Below are positions 1-8,683 of a stretch of 64,000 bases of DNA, piece after piece. The translations under genes and the position numbers were made by a program. The stretch's first letter is position 1, and the number at the start of each line of letters is the position of its first letter. The stretch is taken from assembly GCF_965227665.1 (NCBI RefSeq), contig NZ_OZ245767.1, positions 1,955,638-2,019,637 of the forward strand. Reading direction: 5' to 3'. The notes beneath the pieces are model-generated. The model was not told where the DNA came from and made no database searches. It was given only the letters and a program-made list of their open reading frames with translations. This DNA comes from Reyranella sp. Lineage in GTDB: Bacteria; Pseudomonadota; Alphaproteobacteria; Reyranellales; Reyranellaceae.

Positions 1-175
1 ACCCCCGCCCGGCGAGGGTGCCGCGTTGGAGCACCGCCGGAACGCTCAGTCGACTCGTCCGCCGAGACGATGCAACGCAAGCTCGATGCGGCCCTGTCCG
101 ACAGCTTTCCCGGGAGCGACGCAGTGTCGTTCCTGGAGCCTGCGCCGAACAAGCCCGCCAACGCGCCCTGATCCC

Positions 176-769
176 ATGCGCCCGATCTTCGCCCTGGCCG
201 CGCTGCTGGCCACCTTGTCGTCCCTGTTCGCAGCCCCGGTCCGTGCCGGTGACCCTTCCGACGAGTCCGGCATGGGCTGGCAACTCGAGCGCGATGTCGA
301 TCTGCCGAGCTATGCTTTCATCGAGCCGGCGTATACCGATCTCGCCATCGACGTCCTGGTGTTGTCGTGCGAGCAGGCCGGGCAGAAGGTCGGCCTGCAG
401 GTGAGACTCTACCCCCTGGAACCCGGCCCCCTGCGGACCGCGCACGGCCAGCGCGTCGAATTGGCCTCCGCTGCCGAGTTCGACATCGATGGACGCCGGC
501 TGAAGGTCTCGCTGCTGTTCGCCGACGCCTTCGTGGTGGTGGCGGACGCGGCCGAGGGTGCCGTCCCTCTCCTGTCGGATTCGCTGATCGCAGCGCTGGA
601 GACGGGCAAGCAGCTTACGATGAGGCTTCAACCGGTCGAGCCCTCTATGCACACCCGCTCGGGCTCCGCGCTGCAGATCGTCGCGAATCTTCAGGCGGGT
701 CTCGGCGAAACCGCCGTCAGCACGCTCCGCCGGTGCGGTGTCCGCAACGACGTCGTGGCCGCGCGTTAG
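176..769 (+). CDS. hypothetical exported protein
   Basis: The in-frame ATG at 176 inside ORF 26..769 gives a Sec-type signal peptide (MRPIFALAALLATLSSLFAAPVRA). No domain recognised. Confidence 0.5.
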   Translation: MRPIFALAALLATLSSLFAAPVRAGDPSDESGMGWQLERDVDLPSYAFIEPAYTDLAIDVLVLSCEQAGQKVGLQVRLYPLEPGPLRTAHGQRVELASAAEFDIDGRRLKVSLLFADAFVVVADAAEGAVPLLSDSLIAALETGKQLTMRLQPVEPSMHTRSGSALQIVANLQAGLGETAVSTLRRCGVRNDVVAAR

Positions 770-823
770 TCCGGATTTCTCGCAGGCCGGCCGCACGAGG
801 ATCGACAAGCCGCTCGAGCCGAA

Positions 824-833
824 TTATCTATAA
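824..833. promoter_or_regulatory. BioR operator TTATCTATAA just upstream of the regulator's own start codon
   Basis: 10/10 match to the published alphaproteobacterial BioR signal TTATMKATAA, 3 nt before ATG 837. The extended 11-mer AATTATCTATA (822..832) recurs at 1568..1578. Confidence 0.7.
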
Positions 834-836
834 TAT

Positions 837-1496
837 ATGCGCGAGAGTCCAAAAGAGACCTTGACCGCCCTGATCAGCCGGACGCTGGCCGACCGGATCA
901 TCGCTGGCCAGATCGAACCGGGGGCGCGGCTGCGGCAAGACCACGTTGCCGAGGAGTTCGGGGCAAGCCACGTTCCCGTCCGAGAAGCGTTCAGGCGTCT
1001 CGAGGCTCAGGGGTTGGCAGTGAGCGAACCGCGGCGCGGCGTCCGGGTTGCCGCATTCGACCTCTCCGAGATCAAGGAGGTCGCCGAGATGCGGGCCGCG
1101 CTCGAGGTCCTGGCGCTCCGACATGCCGCGCCTCACCTCACATCAGCCATTCTCGATGCGGCCGAGGAGGCCACCCGGGTGGGCGACAACTCGCACGACG
1201 TCCGATCATGGGAGGACGCAAACCAGCGCTTCCACCGCTTGATCATCGAGCCCTGCCGCATGCCGCGCCTGCTGGCCGCGATCGACGACCTTCACGCCGC
1301 AAGCGCTCGCTTTCTCTTCTCGACATGGCAATCGAACTGGGAGGCGAGGACCGATCACGATCACCGGGCCATTCTCGTGGCCCTGCGCAAAGGCGATCTC
1401 GAAAGCGCTTGCTCGATCTTGGCTCGGCACGTCCAGTGGATCGGCAATCGACCGCCCCTGGCCACGAAGCGGGAAAACGCACTGTCCGATCGCTAG
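837..1496 (+). CDS. bioR: GntR-family (FadR/FCD subfamily) transcriptional regulator, probable biotin regulator BioR
   Basis: N-terminal GntR wHTH (QDHVAEEFGASHVPVREAFRRLEAQGL) followed by an FCD-like helical C-terminal domain. It sits next to bioY-bioB and is flanked by BioR boxes. Confidence 0.75.
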   Translation: MRESPKETLTALISRTLADRIIAGQIEPGARLRQDHVAEEFGASHVPVREAFRRLEAQGLAVSEPRRGVRVAAFDLSEIKEVAEMRAALEVLALRHAAPHLTSAILDAAEEATRVGDNSHDVRSWEDANQRFHRLIIEPCRMPRLLAAIDDLHAASARFLFSTWQSNWEARTDHDHRAILVALRKGDLESACSILARHVQWIGNRPPLATKRENALSDR

Positions 1497-1548
1497 CGGC
1501 TCCGCATTATCGACGATTTTCCTTGAACCAGATTCAGCTCCGTGGATT

Positions 1549-1579
1549 CAATAGATAATTGTCCAGTAATTATCTATAC
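1549..1579. promoter_or_regulatory. two BioR boxes in the bioY-bioB promoter/leader
   Basis: CAATAGATAA (1549..1558) is the reverse complement of TTATCTATTG, an 8/10 match. TTATCTATAC (1570..1579) is a 9/10 match to TTATMKATAA. Both lie 13-43 nt upstream of the bioY ATG at 1592. Confidence 0.65.
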
Positions 1580-1591
1580 TTTGGAGCTCGT

Positions 1592-2158
1592 ATGACTGAG
1601 GCCATCGCCCCCGCAATGCCGGGGGTCCGCTCGGCAGTGAAGACTGCCGCAATGATCGTTCTCGGCGTGGCACTCATCACCCTTTGCGCGAAGCTGCGCG
1701 TGCCCTCCTGGCCCGTCCCGATGACGCTGCACACGCTTGCGGTCATGGCGCTTGCCGTCACGGTGGGACCCCGCCTGGCGGCTGCCACGTTCTGCACCTA
1801 TCTCGCCATCGGGGCCGCAGGCCTGCCCGTCTTCTCGGGAACGCCCGAACGCGGGATCGGACTGGCCTATATGGTCGGCCCGACGGGCGGCTATCTCCTC
1901 GGCTATCTGTCGGCGAGCTGGATCGCCGGCACGCTTGCCCGCGACCGTGGCCCGGTGGGCAGAGCTCTGGCGATGCTGGCGGGCCTTGCCGTGGTCTATG
2001 CGGCGGGCCTGTCCTGGCTCGCGCTCTACGTCCCGGCGAATCAGATCGTCGCACTCGGCTTTGCCCCGTTCATCCTGGGAGATCTCACCAACATTGCCAT
2101 CGTGGCTGTCGGCGGGGCACTGCTCCCGGCGCGCCTGCGCGGGAAGATCGTGCAATGA
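1592..2158 (+). CDS. bioY: biotin transporter BioY (ECF S-component type)
   Basis: Multi-TM protein with BioY-like motifs ([12 protein letters not shown]..., [17 protein letters not shown]). I prefer ATG 1592 (GGAG at 1583) over the TTG at 1559, which lies inside the operator region. The stop overlaps the bioB start as ATGA. Confidence 0.8.
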   Translation: MTEAIAPAMPGVRSAVKTAAMIVLGVALITLCAKLRVPSWPVPMTLHTLAVMALAVTVGPRLAAATFCTYLAIGAAGLPVFSGTPERGIGLAYMVGPTGGYLLGYLSASWIAGTLARDRGPVGRALAMLAGLAVVYAAGLSWLALYVPANQIVALGFAPFILGDLTNIAIVAVGGALLPARLRGKIVQ

Positions 2159-3168
2159 GCCGCCCCGTCGATCCGGTCGGCCCGTCCTACTGCGACCTGC
2201 GTCATGACTGGACAGAGGCTGAAGCGCGCCGCATCCACGATCTTCCCTTGCCCGAACTTCTGTTCAGCGCGCAGGAAGCCCATCGTCGGCACTTCGATCC
2301 GGCGGCGATCGAGACGGCGACCCTGCTGTCGATCAAGACCGGCGGATGTCCGGAGGATTGCGGCTATTGCTCGCAAAGCGCCAGGTGGGACACCGGCGTG
2401 AAGGCGGGCAAGCTGATGCAGGTGGAAAGCGTGCTGGCGGAAGCACGGCGCGCCAAGTCGGGCGGCGCCACGCGCTTCTGCATGGGCGCGGCCTGGCGGA
2501 GCCCGAAAGATCGCGACCTGGAGGCGGTCTGCGCGATGATCGAAGGGGTGAAGGCCCTGGGGCTGGAAACCTGCGTGACGCTCGGCATGTTGACGCCATC
2601 CCAGGTCGAGCGCCTCGCGGAAGCCGGCCTCGACTACTACAACCACAATATCGATACGTCGCGGGACTTCTACGGCGAGATCGTCACCACGCGCCGGATG
2701 GATGACCGGCTGGAGACGCTCGACAATGTACGAGCGGGCGGCATCAAGGTCTGCTGCGGTGGCATCGTCGGCATGGGCGAAACCTCGATCGATCGCATTT
2801 CCATGCTGGTGACGCTCGCGACCTTGGAACGTCACCCGGAGAGCGTGCCCTTGAACATGTGGCAGCCGATCAGCGGGACACCCGTCATGGACACCGCCCA
2901 ACCGGTCGATCCCATCGCGTTCGTCAGACTGGTTGCCCTGGCCCGAATCCTGATGCCGCAAAGCGTGGTGCGGCTGTCGGCCGGACGCGGCGCCATGAGC
3001 GACGAGGCCCAAGCGCTCTGCTTCATCGCCGGCGCCAACTCCATCTTCACGGGAAACGTGCTTCTGACCACCGGCAACCCGGATCGCGACAGAGACGCCC
3101 TTCTGCTGGAGAGACTCGGCATGCGCACGCTCGCAGCGCCTCCATCGGACCCTGCCCCAACGGCGTGA
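2155..3168 (+). CDS. bioB: biotin synthase BioB (radical SAM)
   Basis: Radical-SAM CxxxCxxC motif ([13 protein letters not shown]) and BioB-like sequence along the whole length. Start taken at ATG 2155 within ORF 1684..3168. Confidence 0.9.
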   Translation: MSRPVDPVGPSYCDLRHDWTEAEARRIHDLPLPELLFSAQEAHRRHFDPAAIETATLLSIKTGGCPEDCGYCSQSARWDTGVKAGKLMQVESVLAEARRAKSGGATRFCMGAAWRSPKDRDLEAVCAMIEGVKALGLETCVTLGMLTPSQVERLAEAGLDYYNHNIDTSRDFYGEIVTTRRMDDRLETLDNVRAGGIKVCCGGIVGMGETSIDRISMLVTLATLERHPESVPLNMWQPISGTPVMDTAQPVDPIAFVRLVALARILMPQSVVRLSAGRGAMSDEAQALCFIAGANSIFTGNVLLTTGNPDRDRDALLLERLGMRTLAAPPSDPAPTA

Positions 3169-3391
3169 GGCCTCCTGCGGATGAACCGGGATGAGTTCCA
3201 TTCTCCCGCTCCATCCGCAGATCATCTCGAGGGACAGAGCATCTGATCATTCGATCGACCGTTTGCGGACGATGCCTCCCCGAGAAACGCACGATCTGGG
3301 CCGTGTTGGTGACAGTCTCCGTCCTCGCGATTGCGCTGGGTCCGACCGGCCATCGTCGCGATGGCCACGAGGTCTCAGGTGAACGCCTGGC

Positions 3392-4702
3392 TCAGAATTC
3401 CATCAGATTGTCGCGGAACAGTTTGTGCGCATAGGCCTTGCGCGTAAGGCCTCGACGCTGCAACTCGGGCACGAGGCCGTCGCAGATTTCCATGATGTAG
3501 CGTCGGTCGAAGTGGGCGTTGAACAGCAGGAAGCCGTCGCCGCCCACCTCCTGCATGATCTCCTGCATCAGGCCGGCAACGTGATCGGGCGTGCCCACCA
3601 GGTCGATGCCCTGCCGGCTGTTGAGCCCGCTCGCCAGCGAGCGCGGCGTCTTGCCGATCCACTTGGCGAGCGAGGACTGGTGCCCGTTGGTCCGCAGGTG
3701 CTCCGGCAGCGGCTCGTCGGGATCGAACTGCGCGAAGTCGATGTTGGTGAGGCGCGACATGCCCGAGAGCTGCAGGTCGAGATGCTTGCCGAAATCCTCC
3801 TGCTCGAGCCGCCGGCGATCGCGCGCGGCTTCCATCGTCGTGTCGACGATCGGATAGGCAAGGAACAGCACCTTGATGTCGTCCGGATTGCGCCCCCAGC
3901 CCGCGGCCTGGCGGCGGATGTCCTCTCGGAAGCTCTTCATGCCTTCGACGGAGACGGCGTTGGTGATGATCGTGTCGGCCCACCGGGACGCGAAGGCCTG
4001 GCCACGAGGCGAGCCGCCGGCCTGGCAGATCGGCACCCTTCCCTGGGGCGAACGCGGCGCGTTGATCGGTCCGCGCACCTTGAAATACTTGCCCTCATGG
4101 TTGATCGGACGGACCTTCCTGCCGTCGGCAAACATCGGAATGGTACGATCGAGCACGACCGCATCCTCGTCCCACGCCTCCCACAGGCGCGTGACCACGT
4201 CGGCGAATTCGTCGGCGACGTCGTATCGCTCGTCGTGCGGCCGCTGGCCGGCATTACCGTAGTTTTCGGCGGCGCCGTCATTGCTGCCGGTGACGCAGTT
4301 CCAGCCGATCCGGCCCTCGGTGACGTGATCCAGCGAGTTGACGAGGCGGGCCAGCAGGTAGGGTGGATACTCCGAAGTCGAGAGCGTCGGCACGAGGCCG
4401 AGATGCTTGGTCGCCATCGCCAGCCAGGGGACCAGCACGGCGGGATCAAGCTTGGGCGAGCTGGCGGCGTACTTGAGATAGGTGTCGTGGCTGCCCTGGT
4501 AGGTGTAGGGCACCATCGAGGAGTCCTCGATGATCATGTAGTCGAAGCAGCCGCGCTCCAGTCCCTTCGCCAGGTCGACGAAGATGTCAGGCATCATCCA
4601 GCGATGCTTGTCGTATTCGGTGCCGGGCCACATCGAGCGCCACGCCTTCGGGCCATAGCCCTGCGACAGGAACCAGGCGAGATGGAAATGATCCTTTGCC
4701 AT
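3392..4702 (-). CDS. LLM-class FMN-dependent monooxygenase, NtaA/SnaA/DszA family (copy 1)
   Basis: 436 aa. N-terminus FHLAWFL..., then CFDYMIIEDSS, GRIGWNCVTGSND and KYFKVRGPINAPRSPQGRVPICQAGGS, typical of nitrilotriacetate monooxygenase component A-like enzymes. Confidence 0.85.
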   Translation of the reverse strand: MAKDHFHLAWFLSQGYGPKAWRSMWPGTEYDKHRWMMPDIFVDLAKGLERGCFDYMIIEDSSMVPYTYQGSHDTYLKYAASSPKLDPAVLVPWLAMATKHLGLVPTLSTSEYPPYLLARLVNSLDHVTEGRIGWNCVTGSNDGAAENYGNAGQRPHDERYDVADEFADVVTRLWEAWDEDAVVLDRTIPMFADGRKVRPINHEGKYFKVRGPINAPRSPQGRVPICQAGGSPRGQAFASRWADTIITNAVSVEGMKSFREDIRRQAAGWGRNPDDIKVLFLAYPIVDTTMEAARDRRRLEQEDFGKHLDLQLSGMSRLTNIDFAQFDPDEPLPEHLRTNGHQSSLAKWIGKTPRSLASGLNSRQGIDLVGTPDHVAGLMQEIMQEVGGDGFLLFNAHFDRRYIMEICDGLVPELQRRGLTRKAYAHKLFRDNLMEF

Positions 4703-4704
4703 GT

Positions 4705-5415
4705 TCAGGCGACCGCCTTCTTCGGCAGGCTCGCGACGAACTCGGCCTGGCTCATCGCCAGGTCGGGGCGAAAGCCACGGTCGCGATAGAATTTCTCGTA
4801 GATCTTGAATTCCTCCAGCACGCGCCGCAGTTCGGTGACAGCATCGTCATGCAAGTCGACGCGCGCATCGATGTCGAAGTGATCGGGCTCGGAGGCCACG
4901 AAGATCGCGGCCGACCGTTCGGTGAGATGGCCCTCGTTGCCGACTTGCCCGCCGGCATCGCGTCCGCCTTCGAGCGCGGCCAACAGCCGGAACTCGAGGT
5001 CGGCGCCGGGATCTGCGAGAAAACCCGCAACGATGCCGTCCAGCACCTCCTGGCCCGCCAGCACATTGCCGAAAGCCACGAAGCCATCGCCCTCGTGGTG
5101 CCCCGCCCAGGCCCGGCAGCCCGGGCCGGTATGGGCGCAGGTCCTGCCCTCACGGTCGATGATAGCGATCTGGCGCCAGTCATGGTCGGGATCGCAGGCC
5201 TTGAGCGCCGCCATCACGCCGGCCGGCGCCATGCCCTGCTCCAGCAGTTCGAGCGCGATCAGGTCGTTGTCCCGCTTCACGTATGCCTGCGTCTTGCAGA
5301 CGCCCGCACCGAATCGGATGCCCTCGCAGCGGCCGCCGGCCGCGATCGAGAAGGTCGTGATGCCGAGGCCGAGACGGCCGGTGTTGGGGCAACGTGCAAT
5401 GATCGAGAAGGTCAT
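4705..5415 (-). CDS. DUF1028 family protein (Ntn-hydrolase fold), paralog 4, subtype B
   Basis: MTFSIIARCPNTGRLGLGITTFSIAAGGRCEG... with conserved RQIAIIDREG, GWAGH and LEGGRDAGGQ. Start overlaps the stop of paralog 3. A 2-nt gap separates it from the monooxygenase. Confidence 0.8.
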   Translation of the reverse strand: MTFSIIARCPNTGRLGLGITTFSIAAGGRCEGIRFGAGVCKTQAYVKRDNDLIALELLEQGMAPAGVMAALKACDPDHDWRQIAIIDREGRTCAHTGPGCRAWAGHHEGDGFVAFGNVLAGQEVLDGIVAGFLADPGADLEFRLLAALEGGRDAGGQVGNEGHLTERSAAIFVASEPDHFDIDARVDLHDDAVTELRRVLEEFKIYEKFYRDRGFRPDLAMSQAEFVASLPKKAVA

Positions 5416-6119
5416 GGCCTCGGCTCCTTCATCGAGGCGATGAACGCCTCCTGCCCGATCGCGCCGCGCGGATTGCGTCCACGGTCGGCGTAGTAGCCCT
5501 CGTACTGCTTGTAGACCGTCCAGACACGGCGCAACTCATCGACCGCCTTGTCGTGCAGGTCGACACGCAGGTCGATATCGGGATGGATATGGCGCGACGA
5601 GACCTGAAGTGCCGCCGAGCGCTCCGTCCGATGGGCCGTCGCATTGCCCTGCCCGCCCGCGTCGCGGCCATATTCCAGGGCCATCAGCAGGCGATGCTCC
5701 AGATCTGCCTCGGGTTCGGCAAGGAAGCCCTCGGCAATCGCCTCGGCGACGTGCTGGCCGCGCAACCCGTTGCCGGTGGAGATGTAGTTCTCGCCCGTGA
5801 CGTCACCCGCCCAGCCGCGCACGTTGGCGCCGGTATAGGCGGCCACCGCGCCGCTGCGGTCGATCACGCCGATCTGGCGATAGCTGTGGTAGGCGTCGTT
5901 GGCCTTGAGTTGCTCGAGGACCGCGTGCGCGCCGAGCCCCTGTGCGAGAAGGCGCAGCGCGATCGCATTGTTGTTCTCGTTGGCATTGGCCTGGCTCACC
6001 GTCACCCCGGCGTTCGATCGGGTCGAATGGGCGTAGCGGCCCACCGTGATCGAATAGGTGGCGATGCCGATACCGAGGCGACCGGTCTTGGCGCAGCGTC
6101 CAAGGATGGTGTAGGTCAT
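5412..6119 (-). CDS. DUF1028 family protein, paralog 3, subtype A
   Basis: MTYTILGRCAKTGRLGIGIATYSITVGRY..., LKANDAYHSYRQIGVIDRSG, GWAGD, LEYGRDAGGQ. 4-nt overlaps at both ends. Confidence 0.8.
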   Translation of the reverse strand: MTYTILGRCAKTGRLGIGIATYSITVGRYAHSTRSNAGVTVSQANANENNNAIALRLLAQGLGAHAVLEQLKANDAYHSYRQIGVIDRSGAVAAYTGANVRGWAGDVTGENYISTGNGLRGQHVAEAIAEGFLAEPEADLEHRLLMALEYGRDAGGQGNATAHRTERSAALQVSSRHIHPDIDLRVDLHDKAVDELRRVWTVYKQYEGYYADRGRNPRGAIGQEAFIASMKEPRP

Positions 6120-6835
6120 GCCCGCTCCTTGACGCGCCGGGCGTCGAGCTGCTTCGCGAAGACGTCCTGCGGGATGGCTTTTGACGGGTCGGTATCCCGG
6201 CCGCGATAGAATTCCTCATAGAGCTTGAATTCCTCGAGCACGCGCCGCAGCTCATCGACCGCCGCTTCATGGACGTCGACGCGAACGTCGACATCGGGAA
6301 AATCGCACCGGTCGACGACCTTGATCGCGGCCGAGCGCTCGGTACGGTGGGCGTCGGCCGGCCCCTGCCCGCCGGCATCGCGGCCGCCTTCGATGGCCCG
6401 CAGCAGGCGGTATTCCAGCGCATCGTCGGGATTCATAAGGAAGCCCGCGACCATTGCGTCGAGCACCTGCGGACCGAGGAGGCCGTTGCCGAACACGACG
6501 CAATCGGCCACCTCCTTGTGACCCGCCCAGCCACGGCAGCCGGGGCCGGTATGGCCGGCGACCTTGCCATCGCGGTCCATGATCGCAATCTGGCGGAAAC
6601 CGTGCTCGGTGTCGTTGCCGGCAAAGATCTCCATCACCCGCGTGGGCCCGTAGCCCTGCGCCAGGAGCTTGACGCCGAGCGGATCGTTGGTGCGGTTGGG
6701 AAACGCCTGCGTCTTGCAGACGCCGACATTGGCCATCACGCCTTCGCAACGTCCGCCCACCGCCAGCGAATAGGTGGCGATCCCGAGGCCCAGACGGCCC
6801 GTGCGCCGGCAACGCCCGATCACGGAGTAAGTCAT
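6116..6835 (-). CDS. DUF1028 family protein, paralog 2, subtype B
   Basis: MTYSVIGRCRRTGRLGLGIATYSLAVGGRCEG..., FRQIAIMDRDG, GWAGH, IEGGRDAGGQ. 4-nt overlaps at both ends. Confidence 0.8.
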   Translation of the reverse strand: MTYSVIGRCRRTGRLGLGIATYSLAVGGRCEGVMANVGVCKTQAFPNRTNDPLGVKLLAQGYGPTRVMEIFAGNDTEHGFRQIAIMDRDGKVAGHTGPGCRGWAGHKEVADCVVFGNGLLGPQVLDAMVAGFLMNPDDALEYRLLRAIEGGRDAGGQGPADAHRTERSAAIKVVDRCDFPDVDVRVDVHEAAVDELRRVLEEFKLYEEFYRGRDTDPSKAIPQDVFAKQLDARRVKERA

Positions 6836-7548
6836 CGCGTGCCCTCCTGCGCCTGGGCAAGCGTCTGGGCGAAGGCGTACTGCGGAACCGCGTCCTTCGG
6901 GTTCTTCGCTCTCTCCTTGTAGTAGCCGCGATAGAGTTCGTATTCCTCGAAGGCGCGTCGAAGTTCCTCGACCGCCGTGTCGTGCAGGTCGACGCGCAGA
7001 TCGAGTTCGGCGTGATCGTAGTCGCCGTAGACCATCACGGCCGCCGACCGTTCGGGGAGAGGACCATCGTTGCCCGCCTGACCGCCCGCATCCCGTCCCG
7101 CTTCGATCGCCGCGAGGAGTCGGCGCTCGAACGAGATCCCGGCTGCATCTTCATAGGCTTTCGCCATGGCATCGATGACCGCTTTACCCGCCAGCACGTT
7201 GCCCATGGCGACATAGCCGTCACCTGTGACGTGGCCCGCCCAGCCCCGGTTCTTCGGACCGCTATAGGCCGCGAGGCGGCCCAGGCGGTCGATCACCGCG
7301 ATCTGACGGAACTCGTGGTTGGCATCGTTGGCTTTCAGCTCGGTCAGCACGTGCTCGGGCGCGAAACCCTGCGCGAGCAGCCGGAGCGCCAGCGGATTGT
7401 TGCCCTGGTTCACGAACGCCTGGGTCATGGTCGCGCCGGTGTTGCCGCGCAGCCCGGTGCAGTAGAGGCCCACCGTGATCGAATAGGTCGCGATGCCGAT
7501 GCCCACCTGGCCGCTCTTCGGGCAGCGGGCGAGCAGTGTGAAGGTCAT
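6832..7548 (-). CDS. DUF1028 family protein, paralog 1, subtype A
   Basis: Start taken at Met151 of ORF 6832..7998 (MTFTLLARCPKSGQVGIGIATYSITVGLY...), which aligns with the other three paralogs. Its ATG overlaps the LysR stop as ATGA. Confidence 0.8.
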   Translation of the reverse strand: MTFTLLARCPKSGQVGIGIATYSITVGLYCTGLRGNTGATMTQAFVNQGNNPLALRLLAQGFAPEHVLTELKANDANHEFRQIAVIDRLGRLAAYSGPKNRGWAGHVTGDGYVAMGNVLAGKAVIDAMAKAYEDAAGISFERRLLAAIEAGRDAGGQAGNDGPLPERSAAVMVYGDYDHAELDLRVDLHDTAVEELRRAFEEYELYRGYYKERAKNPKDAVPQYAFAQTLAQAQEGTR

Positions 7549-8552
7549 GTGCGTCTGTCTCCCGCCGATCTCTGGGCCGATCCTTTGGCCGCCGCACGCA
7601 CGGAGCGTGCCGAACCGCCGGCCGCGGCCTCGCGCTTCACCGGCGCATAAGCAAGGTCGTGCAAATCCTGGAACTCGCCTTGCAGAAACCGCAGGAACTC
7701 TTCCGCCGCCAGCGGAAGCTGTCGCGCCGAATGCACGATCGCGTCGATGCTTGCGTTGTTCACCAGCCGGTCGCGGATCGGCACGGCGACCAGTTCGCCC
7801 GAGCGCAGATTGTCCCAGGCCGACAGGCGCGAGAGAAAGGTAATGCCATGATTCACCTTCACGAATTCGACCCTGAGCTGGAACGAATTGGTATCGAGCG
7901 ACGGTGCAATATGGATACCGGCAGCCTTGCACGCGACGTCGATCAGGATCCTGCTGCCGGTATGCTTCATCGGCGACGCGATGGGATAGGCGGCGCAATC
8001 GGCCAGCGAGACACGCGGGCGGCCGGCCAGGGGATGATCTGCCGACATTACCGCGACCAGGGGCTCCCGCATCTTGAACACCGTCTCCAGCTCGGCCTCC
8101 GCAGGCGGATAGAAGGCCAGACCGATATCGGTACGGCCCTCGCGAACCGCCGCCACCACTTGGTCGGAGCCGTCGATCGTGATTTCGAACTGAATGCCGG
8201 GATAGCGCCCGCTGAAACGGGCTACGGCGCGCGGCAGCAGGTGGGGCACCAGCGCTTCGATCGACCGTATGCTGACGGTACCGCGGCGCAGCCCCTTCAG
8301 CGCGTCGATTTCCGAGCGGACGCGTTCGACCTGGCGCAGGTTGATCTGGGCGTGGCGCAGGAAGATCTCCCCGGCCGACGTCAGTTCGACGCCGCGCGCA
8401 TGGCGATGGAACAGGGGAACGCCGAAATCCTCCTCGAGCTTCTGGACCTGCCGACTGAGCGCGGACTGGGCAATGTGCAACTCCTCCGCCGCCTCGCGAA
8501 TCGATCCGTGCCGCGCAATCACTGAGAAATAGCGCAAAGACTGGTTGATCAT
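7545..8552 (-). CDS. LysR-family transcriptional regulator with an Ala/Arg-rich C-terminal tail
   Basis: MINQSLRYFSVIARHGSIREAAEELHIAQSALSRQVQKLEEDFGVPLFHR is a LysR wHTH, followed by a substrate-binding domain. About 35 extra C-terminal residues run up to the ATGA junction with DUF1028 paralog 1. Confidence 0.85.
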   Translation of the reverse strand: MINQSLRYFSVIARHGSIREAAEELHIAQSALSRQVQKLEEDFGVPLFHRHARGVELTSAGEIFLRHAQINLRQVERVRSEIDALKGLRRGTVSIRSIEALVPHLLPRAVARFSGRYPGIQFEITIDGSDQVVAAVREGRTDIGLAFYPPAEAELETVFKMREPLVAVMSADHPLAGRPRVSLADCAAYPIASPMKHTGSRILIDVACKAAGIHIAPSLDTNSFQLRVEFVKVNHGITFLSRLSAWDNLRSGELVAVPIRDRLVNNASIDAIVHSARQLPLAAEEFLRFLQGEFQDLHDLAYAPVKREAAAGGSARSVRAAAKGSAQRSAGDRRT

Positions 8553-8579
8553 TTCATGGACTCCGACTGCCCCGAGACT

Positions 8580-8596
8580 GATGCCGCATCGGCATC
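8580..8596. promoter_or_regulatory. 17-bp perfect palindrome GATGCCGcatCGGCATC (contains T-N11-A), candidate LysR operator
   Basis: Read directly in the 131-bp divergent intergenic region, 28 nt upstream of the LysR start and 88 nt upstream of the first DUF4392 gene. Confidence 0.45.
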
Positions 8597-8683
8597 GCAT
8601 CAACGCCTAAATGGCGCTTGTCGGATCACCGGCCGAAGCGCCCAATCCGACTCTGACAGCGAGAGGGGATCGTCATTCTCGAC

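Noticed and set aside
3425-4789. 454-aa ORF on the plus strand
   Set aside because: It lies exactly antisense to the well-supported NtaA-like gene (3392..4702). The product is Arg/Ala/Gly/Leu-rich with no motifs. This is a typical shadow ORF of high-GC DNA.
7549-7998. 150-codon 5' extension of the first DUF1028 ORF (6832..7998), and similar extensions such as 1684..2154 before bioB and 18832..18969 before tex
   Set aside because: The extensions overlap upstream genes, are low-complexity, and are absent from paralogs or the expected family N-termini. Internal starts align with the conserved N-termini.
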